In this document: in pieces, positions 51,370-63,710 of the stretch
How the letters are laid out: each line of letters starts with the position of its first letter
Numbering within the stretch: the first letter of the stretch is position 1
Assembly: GCA_030390025.1 (NCBI GenBank)
Contig: CM059432.1
Coordinates: 129,396,001 to 129,460,000 of the forward strand
Direction of reading: 5' to 3'
DNA length: 64,000 nucleotides
DNA from: Squalus acanthias
Lineage: Eukaryota
Notes under the pieces: model-generated
Databases searched by the model: none
The model's input: the letters and a program-made list of their open reading frames with translations, nothing else
What the model was told of the DNA's origin: nothing
Position numbers and translations under genes: made by a program

Positions 51370-52760
51370 GGAAGAGTTAGGATAGCTGACCAAAAGTGTG
51401 GTTGAATAGAAAGCTGTTAAAGGTGGAGAAAGAGAGAGGTAGCCAAACAGAAATGTTTAGGGAGGGAGTTCCCGAGATTAGGGCTGAGATGGCTGAAGGG
51501 TCTGTTGTCAATGGTGGCGCAGAGGGAGAGGGAGATGCACAGAGGGCCAACATCGGAGGACACAGGACAGAAGGTGAGGATGGAGGAGGTCGCAGAGGTA
51601 AGTGGGGCAGGGTGATGGAAGGATTTGTAGATGATAATGAGGATTTTAACTTCAATGAACTGGAGGACGAGGTGCTGGTGGTGGTTGGTTAAGAGTGATG
51701 GGTGAGCGTGACAATATGCAAGCACCAGAGTTTTGGACAAGTGGAATTTGTGGAGGATTGAGCTTGAAAGTTTGGCCAGAAAGGCACTGAAAAAATCAAG
51801 TCTAGGTGCAACGAATGTAAGGTTGCAGGTTTTGTTGGCAGGATCGATGCTGGCAATGTTGCCGAGGTAGAAGTATGCAATCTTGGTGGTGGATAGGATA
51901 CGAAGTTTGAAGTTCAGCACTGGGTCAAACAAGACACCAAGGTTGCCCAGTGTCTAATTCAGCCTGAGTAAGTAGCAGGGAAGAGGGATGGAGTCAGTGG
52001 CAAGGGTGTGGAGGTTTTGGTGGGAGCTAAATAATGAGGCTTTTCTCTCACCAATGTTCAGTTGGAAGAAATTCTGGCTCATTGATAATCTCCAGGCCAT
52101 TAATCCCAGCAAAAGTGCTGGGATCCGCTCACTGGTGATCTCTGCCGCTGACCCTCCCAAGGTATGGAAGTCATGAAGAAGTCACTTAATTTAAATATTT
52201 TCTGGGTGGGTGGATGTCCTCATCAGTAGGGGCACATCTCAGATGCCTGCCTGCCTGAGGAGGCCAGAAATTCTGATGTGGAATGCCAACCACAAATATG
52301 TCTGCAGTGCCTCATAGAGAGGCTGAAAAATAATCTTAACATTTTTAACATCTTTAGGGGCTCAGGCCATGACTCAGGCCTAGACCCCCGAGGTGGGCCC
52401 CACTTCCACCGGACAGTGGCCTGTATATTTTGTCTCACTTGGCCTACTGGCTGCTGTTCTTCCACCAGGCCTGAGATCTGGGAGTCTCTTCCCTTGGCCA
52501 TGCCCTATCTGTTGCAGGGGACCATGTTTGGGAAGGGAGGTGGGTATTTCTGGGTCCCAGCCCTAGTCAGCATACTTTCTGCTGCACACCCACATTTGCA
52601 CTGGAAAGGCTGTGGATTTTAGGCCCCTTGATGTCAAACAGGCAACCTGGCAACACAGGGGATTGTCATGGCGTCACGGGTGATGGAGAGGTAGATCTAA
52701 GTGTCAAAGTGTCATCAGCATAAATATAGAAATTGACCCCAAAGCTATGTAAGGTCACAC
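51370..52760 (-). mobile_element. Old L2 fragment interrupted by a MITE remnant (~52100-52630)
   Basis: FDPVLNF..TKIAYFYLGNIA in ORF 51417-51932; rc YADDT at ~52710-52725. Confidence 0.75.
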
Positions 52761-53766
52761 CATATTAAGAATTTATAACAAAGCAGGAAGATGATTTAAC
52801 AAAACCAGAATCAGCACATCTTCAAAACCAACTGAGCTGTTTGACACTCAACTAATCTGCATCTGCACAAAAGAGCTCGTATCTTTCTGTAGTTCAAAAT
52901 TAAAGTTAGAGACTTAACCTGAAAGCATACTAGTGCTGTAACCTTGAAAACTGAATTTTAATATTAGCACTGGGTCAAACTTGGCTAATGCTGTCACCTT
53001 GTAGGATTCATATTCTGTCATACTATACTAAGCATCAGCCACTTTTATCGTGACCATTGATACTGAATGTAACAATGGTGATAATTGCAGTATTATGCAC
53101 GCAGTTAAATAAAGTAGCTTTTAATAGTAAATTGACTTTTGTGTCACGAACTAGGTGTGGTAAGAGTTAATAGTAAATCTTCGTAGCACTGTGTTATACT
53201 GACATCACCATTGGCTGTGACAGTTTCTTTAAGTAAGACAGTGTATGTAGGGAAACTTGGTGGGCCAAAATGGCATCACATATCTAACCTCAGACATCAC
53301 TGGTAAACCCTGATCCAATTGTTCCCATTGGAGTTTCAATTCACAAGCTCACAAGATAATTACAGTTAAAGAAGGCCATTCGGCCCATCTTGATACATCC
53401 ATCCAGAAGAACCCAACACTCCCTCTATTGTTGCATCTAATTGTTTCTTAAATGACTCCTGGGTTTTTGCTTCCCCAATACTGCCTGAAATCCAGTCCAG
53501 GTGCTGATCACTCACGTGAAGAACAATCTCCTGATATCAGTCCTGAAGTTACCTTTTACTATTTGAACCTGTCTCCTTGGCCTACAGTTTGATTTAAAGT
53601 TGTTTTTTGTATTAATCTGTTCCATGTCAAGCGCTACCTCTCAGACACCTCCTTTCCAGAATGAAAAGCCAAGTCTCTCCAATCTTTTCTCATAACTCAG
53701 ACCCCTGAAACTAGGAATCAGCCTCATGGCTCTTCCCTAGACTCCAGCACTTGAATGTCTCCCTTG

Positions 53767-56727
53767 GTGTTCAGAGGGACCTGGGTGTCCTAGTACACGA
53801 ATCACGGAAAGTTAACATGCAGGTACAGCAAGCAATTAGGAAAGCAAATGGTATGTTAGGATTTATTATAAAGGGATTGGAGTACAAGAGTAAAGAAGTC
53901 TTATTTAAGATAATAATTGAGAAGGACGTAGGTATGACAAAGACCAGGGTAATAGATTGGAGAAAAGCTGATTTTGAGGGGCTGAGAATAGAACTTAAGA
54001 AAATAAAATGGACAACAGTATTGGCAAACAATGGTGTAGAACTGCAATGGGAAACATTTAAAACAGTGTTCAACAGAGTCCAGAAAAATATATTTTGCTA
54101 ATAAACAAGAACAAGCTAAACACTAATGAGACACCGTGGATGAATAAAGCCATAAGGGAAAAATTGAGGGTAAGGAAAGAGGCATAAATTAACTACATGG
54201 ATAGCAGGGAGAGCATAATAAGGGAGAATCTGAAGTGATTAGGAGAGAAGTCAAAAAAACAATTAGGAAGGCAAAGAGGAGCTATGAAATTAAATTATCA
54301 AGGAACATAAAACAAAATAGTAAAATATTTACAGGCACATAAATAATAAATGAAAGGTCTGGATGGGAATAGGGCTGCTAAGGGATGGAGAGGATAATAC
54401 CACAGGCAGCAATAGAGAGATGGCAGAAATATTAAATAATTACTTTGTTTCAGTATTTACCAGGGAGATAGAACAGGTGGAGATGACATCGGATGATGAG
54501 ATTAGTAATGAGTTAACTGCATTTAAAATAAAATGAAGAGATATACTAAATAAACTAATGAAACTCAAAGAGGATAAAACCCCTGGTCCGGATGGATTAC
54601 ATCTGTGCATTTTAAAAGAACCTAGGGACGAAATAGCAGAGGCATTACTATACATATTTAGTAATTTGTTTGAAAAAGGTGTAGTGCCAGCGGACTGGCG
54701 GATAGCTAACATAATACCTATACTTAAGAAGGGAGAAAGAACATGTCCAGGGAACTATAGGCCAGTCAGCTTAACGTTGGTGAAAAAGGAGAAAATAGAA
54801 GAACATCTAGAAACAAAAAATATAATAATAAATAGTCAGCATGGATTTCAAAAGGGAACGTCTTGCTTGACCAACCTCATTGAATATTTTGAAGAGGTAA
54901 CAGAGAGACTAGACAAGGGTCGTGTAGTAGATGTAATTTATCTAGATTTTCAAAAGGCCTTCGATAAGGTACCACATAATAGACTCATGAATAAGGTCAG
55001 GAAATGCGGAGTCAGGGGACAAGCAGCAGAATGGATAGCTCGCTGGTTTCAAGACAGAAAGCAGAGAGTAGGGGTAAAGGGTAGCTATTCAAAGTGGCAG
55101 AAGGTGGTAAGTGGTGTTCCACAAGGATCAGTGCTGGGACTACTGTTGTTCACTATTTATATTAACGATTTAGACCTTGGAATCAAAAACACAATTTCTA
55201 AATTTGCGGATGACACCAAATTGGGGGGGAGGGGGAATAGCCAATACTGAGGAGGACTGCAACAAATTACAAGAAGACATTAATAAACTTGCAGAATGGG
55301 CATATAATTGGCAAATGAAATTCAACACAGATAAATGTGATGTATTACATTTTGGTAAGAAAAATAGGGAGGTCACATATTACTTGGAAAATAAGAATAT
55401 AAATGGGGTAGAGGAACAAAGGGATCTAGAAGTACAAATACACAAATCGCTAAAAGTATCGACATAGGTTAACAAGGCCATAAAAAAGCAAACCAAGCAC
55501 AGGGTTTATTTCTAGAGGGATAAAATTGAAAAGTAGTGAAGTTATGCTAAGCCTGTATCAAACCTTGGTTAGACACACTTGGAGTACTGTGTGCAATTCT
55601 GGTTGCCGTTTATAAAAAGGATATAGAGGCACTGGAGAGGGTGCAGAGAAGATTTACAAGGATGATACCAGAAATGCGAGGGTATACCTATCAGGAAAGG
55701 ATGAACAGGCTGGGTCTCTTTTCTCTTGAAAAGAGAAGGCTAAGGGGTGACCTAATAGAGGTCTTTAAAATCATGAAAGATTTTAATAGAATAGATACAG
55801 AGAGAGTTTTTCCACTTGTGGGGAAGAGCAAAACTAGAGGCCATCAATATAAGATAGTTACCAAAAAAATCAAATAGGGAATTCAGAAGAAACTTCTTTA
55901 CCCAGAGAGTGGTGAGAATGTGGAACTCGCTACCACAGGGAGTGGTTGAAGTGAATAGTATAGATGCATTTAAGGGGTGGTTAGATAAGCATATGAGGGA
56001 GAAATGAATAGTGAGTTATGTTGATAGGGTTAGATGAGGAAAGACGGGAGGAGGCTCGAGTGGAGCATAAACACCGACATAGACTGGTTGGGCCGAATGG
56101 CCTGTTTCTGTGCTGTATATCCTATGTAATCCTATGTAATCCTATGTAATTGTATAGGGCCTCGGTGAGACCACACCTGGAGTATTGTGTACAGTTTTTG
56201 TTTCCTTACCTCAGGAAGGATATACTTTCCTTAGAGGGAGTGCCACAAAGGTTCACTATACTGATTCCTGGGATGAGGGGATTGTCCTATGAGGAGAGAT
56301 TGAGTAGATTAGGCCTATATTCCCTAGAGTTTAGAAGAATGAGAGGTTATCACATGGAAACACATAAAATTCTTAAGAGGCTTGACAGGATAGATGCTGG
56401 GAGGATGTTTCCCCTGTTTGGGGAGTCTAGAACTAGGGGTCACAGTCTCAGAATAAGGGGTCAGCCATTTAGGACTGAGATGTGGAGAAATTGTTTCACT
56501 CAAAGGGTTGTGAATCTTTGGAATTCTTTACCCCAAGGGCTCAGTCGTTGAGTATATTCAAGACAGAGATCGATAGATTTTTGGATACTAAGGGAATCAG
56601 GGGATATGGGGATAGTGCCTGAAGGTGGAGTTGAGGTAGAAGATCAGCCATGATCTTATTGAATGGCGGAGCAGGCTCGAAGGACCGAATGGCCTACTCC
56701 TGCTATTATTTCTTATGTTCTTATGTT
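53767..56727 (+). mobile_element. CR1 3' fragment (53767-~53905 and ~56148-56727) with (TTCTTATG)n tail
   Basis: VQRDLGVLVH..EYKSKEVL continues as LYRASVRPHLEYCVQF after the inner insertion. Confidence 0.88.
53906..56147 (+). mobile_element. Inner CR1 ORF2 fragment with (CCTATGTAAT)n tail
   Basis: [49 protein letters not shown]. Confidence 0.93.
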
Positions 56728-57859
56728 CCCTTGTTTCTCTGTGTTCAGAACTGGACGCTGTTCTCAAGATGTAGTCTGTCCAGAGCACTGTACAGTTTGA
56801 TCACAATGTCCTATGTCTCTTATGCTTCGGTTTTGGCTACTTAGTTCAGCATTCTATTGGTTTTGTTGATTGCTATTCTGCATTGATTGGACATGCTGAA
56901 TGTTGAGTTTACTAAAATTCCTAAGGTCTCTTTCAACTTAAGTATTTCAGCACCATTCATGAAGTATGGATGTTGTCCATTTTTCCTTCATTCGTGCAAT
57001 ACTTTACACTTACCTGCATTAAATTATATCTGCCTTTGTTTGTCCCACTCACATTTGGTTTAGCTGATTATGTCGTTTCTGGGCTGCCTCCTTCGATTCC
57101 ACTGCCCCTCCTAGTTTGCAAATGTAACCAATTTGCTTTGCATTTCAGAATACAGGTCATTTCTGCAGGGTTTACCACGGTTGACTCGCGGTGCCAGTCT
57201 TCAAAGAAATCATGGAGGTTTGTCAGGCAGGATCTTTCCCTTCTGAAGCAATGTTGACTGTTGTTTACTAAGTTTACCCCTGGTAATCACTTCCATTATT
57301 TTATAAGCTTTGGGTGGATTTGATATTGGTCATCCTGACTGCTGAATTGTCCCAGTTAAGAGTTTTTACCTCCTGAAATATTTATATAAGTCATCATGAC
57401 TGACAAGCTAGCTCAATTAAAGGCTTTAGCTGCTCAAATCTTTAAACTACCAAATACTGCCGCTAAGGCAGAATAGGCACCTATAACAGAGTGGCCGAAC
57501 AAATAGAGAACTTGGTAAACGTTAGTTAGACATTTTTAAAAGTCCACCGTGATACTTTTGGAACGTTTGGAATTACATGGACGAACCAATGCTTTAATCT
57601 ATTTGCATAGCTAAAAGTTACACACACAGCTTAGCCAGGAGGAAACAGAAAACAACCGCAATTATCAGCAAAAAAAAAGTAGAATTTAACCAAGTAGGAG
57701 ATAGAATATGAAGAACATGAAATTAAAGCTAAAACAAGAGACAGTACAACATCAGCAGAAAATCAAATTGACACAATAACTGCTCAAATGGATAGGATTA
57801 TGATTGATGTGATATTAAAACATGGCCTAATCTACCTGATGTTCTGATGGACATAAAAC

Positions 57860-58125
57860 AGTATTTGAAGAGCAAAGAAGAGAAGATTAGAGCATTCTCC
57901 CAGTATGCTGGCTAATATTGATTCCTCAACCATCAACACCAAAAAAAAATCAACAGGTCTTTCACTTCTTTTGTTGTTACTGGGATCCTGTTATGTACAA
58001 GTTAGCTGATGTGTTTGTCTACACAACAATGGAGACTGCACTTTAAAGATAAATCATTAGTTGTGAAGTGCTTTAAAACAGCCACAACATGCAATAAGGT
58101 GATACATAAATGCAGGTTCTTTTCT
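57860..58125 (+). mobile_element. Decayed Deu-domain SINE
   Basis: gtatttgaagagc...ctggctaatatt...gtgaagtgcttt...ataaatgcagg. Confidence 0.6.
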
Positions 58126-58344
58126 TTCTATGATTGATCTTAAAAATAAATAAATAGAACAACGTTAAATCCAGTGTCAGGCAGACCTTCGAATATACAT
58201 GCTCAGACATTCTGAAGAAAACAACAAGGAAAACTTAACCTCAAAGCAGAGAAAAAAACAATCAATTAAGGTTTGAACGCCGATAAAATAAATTTGAGTT
58301 AGAAAACCAAAAGAATCTTTCTGTAGAAATAGCTCAATAAAAAG

Positions 58345-58785
58345 ACAGACTTGCATTTATATAGCGTCTTTCACGACCACCGGACATCCCAAAGCGCTTT
58401 ACAGCCAATGAAGTACTTTTGAGGTGTAGTCACTGTTGTAATGTGGGAAACGTGCAGAAAATTTGAGCACAGCAAGCTCCCACAAACAGCAATGTGATAA
58501 TGACCAGATACTCTGTTTTAGTGATGTTGATTGAGGGTTAAATGTTGGCCAGGACACCGGGGATAACTTCCCTGTTCTTCTTCGAAATAGTGCCGTGGGA
58601 TCTTTTACATCCACCTGCAAGAGCAGACGGGGCCTCAGTTTAACGTCTCATCTGAAAGACGGCACCTCCAACAGTGCTGCACTCCCTCAGTACTGCGCTG
58701 GAGTGTCAGCCTAGATTTTAGTGCTCAAGTCTCTGGAGTGAGGCTTGAACTCAGAGGCGAGAGTGCTAACAACTGAGCCACAGCT
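58345..58785 (-). mobile_element. Near full-length Deu-domain SINE
   Basis: Collinear with 33742-34175. Confidence 0.88.
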
Positions 58786-58789
58786 AACA

Positions 58790-59070
58790 ACATTTCCCCC
58801 CCTACACCCACAAGCCCCGATCTGTACCTCCCTCCCTCCCGATAGCTGGGGACTGTCCCCAAGGGTCCTCGACTGTGGCCTCCTGCCATTGGTTTTCCCA
58901 CCCAGCAGCCAGCCAGCCTGTCAATTTGGCCGGCTGCCGGGTGGAAAACGAAAGAAAAAATTATAATGAGGTCCTGCCATTAAAGCCGGCAGGACATCCA
59001 CGTCCACGGCCTTGCCAGGTTTTCCCCGCGCTCCCCCGCACTCTCCATGCCTCCCTGTAAATATTGGTTC
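58790..59070. mobile_element. Partial Harbinger-type MITE related to 17403-18600
   Basis: cagccagcctgtcaat...ggctgccgggtggaaaa hairpin shared with 17973-18047. Confidence 0.55.
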
Positions 59071-61586
59071 CATTGAGTCTGATAAAATAGTGTTCCAATA
59101 CCTCATTATCAAGAACTCATGCAAAAAGTAACAATGTGAATGCCAAAGAAAGGCACAATACCCAATTTCTACCCATAGAATAAAGGGACAGGCTGTTATA
59201 GATGGAGGAAGTCTGTAACATTTTAAAGGGAAATTAGATCTGAATAATAACAGCCATCAATTTTCCCTTGAGAAAACTAAATTGGAAGCTAATTTAGATT
59301 TCTCTACTTCCCCAGAAAGACTGAATAAAATCTTACTTGACAGAGTGCCTCGTATAAATAAATTTGAACCACAGTATTTTAATCCTTCACCTCAGAGCAT
59401 TTAATTATTATTCACATCTAGACCAGTTAGATTACATAACTGCAGATAAAAGGCTCAGTTTCTAATCTCTCACTGCAATATGAACATAGATAGAAACAAT
59501 TTGTGGTAAATGGTGACCATATGCATGTGCATAGTTAAGTGAGTGGCTGAAAAGGAATAAGGATGAGGCAATTATGATGGCAATCAATATAAAATATAAC
59601 AACAAAGATTCCATTTATTTTTCTCTGGAAGCATAAACTTTGCCGGGACGGATGTGGTCAGACCCAAGGAGGAGAAAGAGTTTACTAGAATGTTACACAA
59701 TAATCTGCTCCCCAGTATTTGGAAAAAACACCTGCACCGCATTCATCAGTATTCCCACAGGCAGGCAGGAAAACTGATAAGTACACAGTTAAAATACTGA
59801 CAAACCCTAATGCTCCACTTATATATGCAAACAGTACAATTGAAGACACTTCAGATGTGCTTGGAATTAACTAGTTTAAGAAGGCATTGTTTTTGAATAA
59901 AAAAATTACACTGCAAAAGTAGTTAGCAAAATTTACTTGAGGTAAAATGAACATTTACCAGCTAAGTAGTTCATCCAATTTGCAACAAGCAGTACAATAG
60001 TAGTGTAATGTTCTTTATATATTGAAAGAAATTCTACAGAAAACAGAATGCTTTCTTTTATGAGACGTGATCACAAAGCGGGATGACCCAGACTTGGTTT
60101 ATCACTGTTCTACAGCCTGATAAAGGCTTATTGGATGGATAATTGTCAGACTTCCAGTTCAGATATTTAAATTTGACATAATGTTGAAAGGTGTGGAGGA
60201 TAAAGGCCAGCTAGAGCTAAAAGGTCAAAGGTTCTGATTTTCTTGGCGTCTCTCGGCTCAAATGCTGGACAGGCACAATGCACCAGAACTGGCCAAGCTG
60301 CATTTGAATTTGATGGGCCAGGCCCTTACCATGGCCCCAGGACAGGCCTGTCCCTAGGCCGGGCTTTGTGCCAGGGAATGGGGGTGGAAACATGAGTGTA
60401 ACTGCAGGCTTGAAGTCCCCATGATCTTAAGATCTGGGCATCGTGGTAAAAGATAAGAAAGACTTGCATTTCTATAGCGTCTTTCACGACGTCAAGACAT
60501 CCCAAAGCGCTTTACAGCCAATTAAGTACTTTTGAAGTGTAGTCATTGTTGCAATGTAGGAAACATGGCAGCCAATTTGCGTACAACAAGTCCTACAAAC
60601 AGCAATGAGATAATGACTAGATAATGGGGGAGAAATTCGGTACCTTAGTGCCTCCAGTTAGCGCCTGTTGGGGGCGCTAAAGGGGCGCTGAGGCAGTAGC
60701 GCCGCAGTGAGGCGAATCCAGCGACGCATGCCAAATCCAGCACCCCACGTAGCGCCGCCACTACGGGTTAGTGCCGGGGACCTCAGCGCCAGGCAGATCA
60801 TGACGTCAGTGAGCATGCAACGCTCACTGGGCGCCCGATTTGCAAAATTGATTATCGCCCCCTGCGTTAGCACCTCACCCTGACAGAGACAGGGAGAGGT
60901 GGCATGAAGCAGTCGGTAGCCGGTACCAGGGACGCTACTTAAAGGGATCATGAGTAATGAGTCGCAGCTCTCAGGTTAATGCTATTTCATTGCTTCCTTG
61001 TTAGTTTGACATTGTGCAACAGTTAAAATCAGTCAATTAAAGGCTGTTTAGTCTCCAGTGTTGTGGCTACTAAAAATTAGTTACATTTATTCTCACAACA
61101 TATCAAAGTACTACACCTCATTACATTCATGGGGCCTGTACTAGCAGCAATGATGAGAATGAGGTTCTGTAGCATCAATGAACCTCCCCTTTAAGAAATG
61201 GAAAGAGCCTGTGGGAATGATGACTTGCGATTAGACTGCACCTGATATTGGTTAGCGCTTTGAATGTAGCGTCACTGAGCTAGACCATTAGTGCTTGATT
61301 TAGCATTCAAATCCTTTCTTTGAGAAATGAGACTTAATTTTGTGTGCAGTGTGATTCATTAGTGCCTGGCACTAAATCTCAAACTTTTCTAAAGTTACTG
61401 CCCATTTCTGGGCTATAATGGCCGGAATTTTTCGGGGGGTCAACGGGGGCGTTTGGAGGTGGGTCGGTTGGGAAAATGTTTTATTTTGACAGTGGGTAGG
61501 GAACCCGCTGTCAATCCACTGCCACACTAGTCTCCCAGATGTCAGGTCTGTCATCGCTGAACAGGCCCAACACCAAGCAGCGAGGA

Positions 61587-63198
61587 ATTTTGTATGTTTC
61601 AATGAGATCACCTCTCATTCTTCTAAACTCTAGAGAATATAGGCATAGTCTACTCAATCTTTCCTCATAGGACAATTCCCCCATCCCAGGAACCAGTGTA
61701 AGGTGTTCAGTTCCCTTGTGCCTTACAAGGATTCTTGGACTCTGGATTTACAGGAATAAAATATACATGACACAAAGGTTTAGGCTCAACCCAAAACTGT
61801 TAGTTTATTAAACCAACAAACCACAGACAAAAACCCCTTAGAGATTTGGCTGAAACTTACAATCACCCATGCGGCTGGTCGTTACCGATGTTGATTGTAG
61901 GCCTGGATCTGGAGATGACTGGTCCCCGTCCTTCTTCACCTGACTGCAGCAGTATCCATGGGTTGATGTCGCTCCTTCTTATAGTTCTTGAGTCACCTGG
62001 CCCCATAGCTGGGCCTCCCCCAACCAGTTTTGGTTGTTGGTTTGCTGAATTGCCCAACATTCACACCTCGTCAACTTGTAATTCAATCACCGGAGGTATA
62101 CAGAGCTGTGAGATCAAAGATAACTCCTTATCTCCTTTCCCGCTCTCTGTAACACATATACAATGTGATTTCTATTACTGCTGATGGGCGGTTAGCTGAT
62201 TGTCTGTTCAGGACTAGTGTGTCTTCCATTCATGTCAGGAAGTCGATTGTGACCCCATTGTTTCAGTTAAACTCAGAGCATTGTCCAGATGTTAATTTTT
62301 CCCATCGAAACCAATCATGATTCAAGGCCTCACAGTTCAATGTCAATGTCCTTTTCAGAGTTAATCATGAGTCAAAGCTTTCATTGTCCAGTATCATTGT
62401 GTTCTCCAAGAACTGATCATGATTCAAACTTTAGATGACTGGTACCTTTTCTGTGCCTCGAGCTTTAACTGTTTCATGCCCTTCAGTGCTGGGGCCAAAC
62501 TGTTCCATGAAACTTACACCAGTCTGGTGAACCTTCGTTGCACTCCCTCTATGGCAAGTATATCCTTCCTTAGGCAAGGAGACAAAAAGCGGTACACAAT
62601 ACTCCAGGTGTGGTCTCACCAGGGCCCTATATAATTGCAGTAAGATGTCTTTACTCTTATACTCAAATCCTCTTGTAATAAAGGCCAACATACCATTTGC
62701 TTTCCTAATTGCTTGCTGTACCTGCATGTTAACTTTCAGTGATTTGTGTGCAAGGACACCCAGGTCCCTCTGAACACCAATATTTCCCAATCTCTCACCA
62801 TTTAAAACATACTCTGCTTTTCTATTTTTCCTACCAAAGTGGATAACTTCACATTTCTCCACATTATATTCCATTTGCCATGTTCTTGCCCACTCACTTA
62901 GCCTGTTTATATCCCCTTGAAGCCTCCTTGCGTCCTCCTCACGACTTACATTCCCACCCAGCTTTGTATCATCAGCAAACTTGGATATATTACATTTGGT
63001 CCCCTCATCCAAATCATTGATGTAGATTGTGAATAGCTGAGGCCCAAGCACTGATCCTTGCGGTACTACACTAGTTACAGCCTGCCAACCTGAAAATGAC
63101 CCGTTTAATCCAATCTCTGTTTTCTGTCTGTTAACCAATCCTCAAGCCATGCTAGTATATTACCCCCAATCCCATGAGCCCTAATTTTGTTCAATAAC
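61587..63198 (-). mobile_element. CR1 RT fragment lacking both ends, split by a solo LTR
   Basis: ORF 62431-63138 [20 protein letters not shown]; continues at 61587-61696. Confidence 0.92.
61697..62518 (-). mobile_element. Solo LTR, 822 bp (Gypsy or ERV type)
   Basis: TGTAAG...CTTACA termini; CCAG 4-bp TSD (61693-61696 / 62519-62522); AATAAA on the minus strand ~110 nt from the 61697 end (basis for orientation). Confidence 0.88.
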
Positions 63199-63710
63199 AA
63201 AAGTGACGTCAAAATAACGACAAGGTGACGACAAAAATAATATAAAGTGCCGTCATCAGACCCGCTTCCTTCAATTGGGCAGCAAATGTGCTGGGCAGAC
63301 TAAACAAGCCCAATCAGCATAAAATTCTTTTCACAGAGCGGGATGGAGCCAGCAGCGGGGTTGCACCCCACCACTGACCCGCCTCGGAAGGCAAAATCGC
63401 GGCCAATTAATTTCTCCCCCAATCTGTTTAACGATGGTGGTTGAGGGATAAATATTGGCCAGGACACCGGGGAGAACTCCCTGCTCTTCTTCGAAATAGT
63501 GCCATGGGATCTTTTACATCCACCTTAGAGAGCAGACGGGGCCTCGGTTTAACGTCTGGTTGAACATTTCTCCATTGCAAAAAGGGGGATTGTAGAAGGA
63601 GCTCAAGATTATAGGCTTAGTTAGAGGTTTAATTATTTCAAATCAATTCAATTATATTGTAATATGCATAATACAGAAATTGTACTGTCAAAAATTATGA
63701 ATGAGCAAAA

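Larger units (their letters stand above)
53355..57300 (-). mobile_element. Old CR1 (pieces 53355-53766 and 56728-57300) hosting two younger CR1 copies
   Basis: Both halves are collinear with 11260-11912; CCCTTG is duplicated at 53761-53766 and 56728-56733. Confidence 0.7.
61420..63404 (+). mobile_element. Harbinger derivative (inner), same family as 1156-2638
   Basis: TIRs ggccggaatttt / aaaatcgcggcc; AAT TSD (61417-61419 / 63405-63407); ends match ~1160-1320 and ~2460-2638. Confidence 0.88.
60626..63420. mobile_element. Harbinger-type non-autonomous element (outer)
   Basis: Perfect 12-bp TIRs GGGGGAGAAATT / AATTTCTCCCCC; AAT TSD (60623-60625 / 63421-63423). Confidence 0.88.
60455..63557 (-). 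mobile_element. Deu-domain SINE split into 60455-60625 and 63421-63557
   Basis: The two halves join seamlessly (gactagataat|ctgttt) compared with 33895-33910 and 58500-58520. Confidence 0.88.

Noticed and set aside
53751..54101. Novel 116-aa protein
   Set aside because: Chimeric ORF spanning the junction of two CR1 insertions.
60218..60235. DR1-like nuclear receptor site AGGTCAAAGGTTC
   Set aside because: A single short motif could occur by chance in 64 kb; no supporting evidence.
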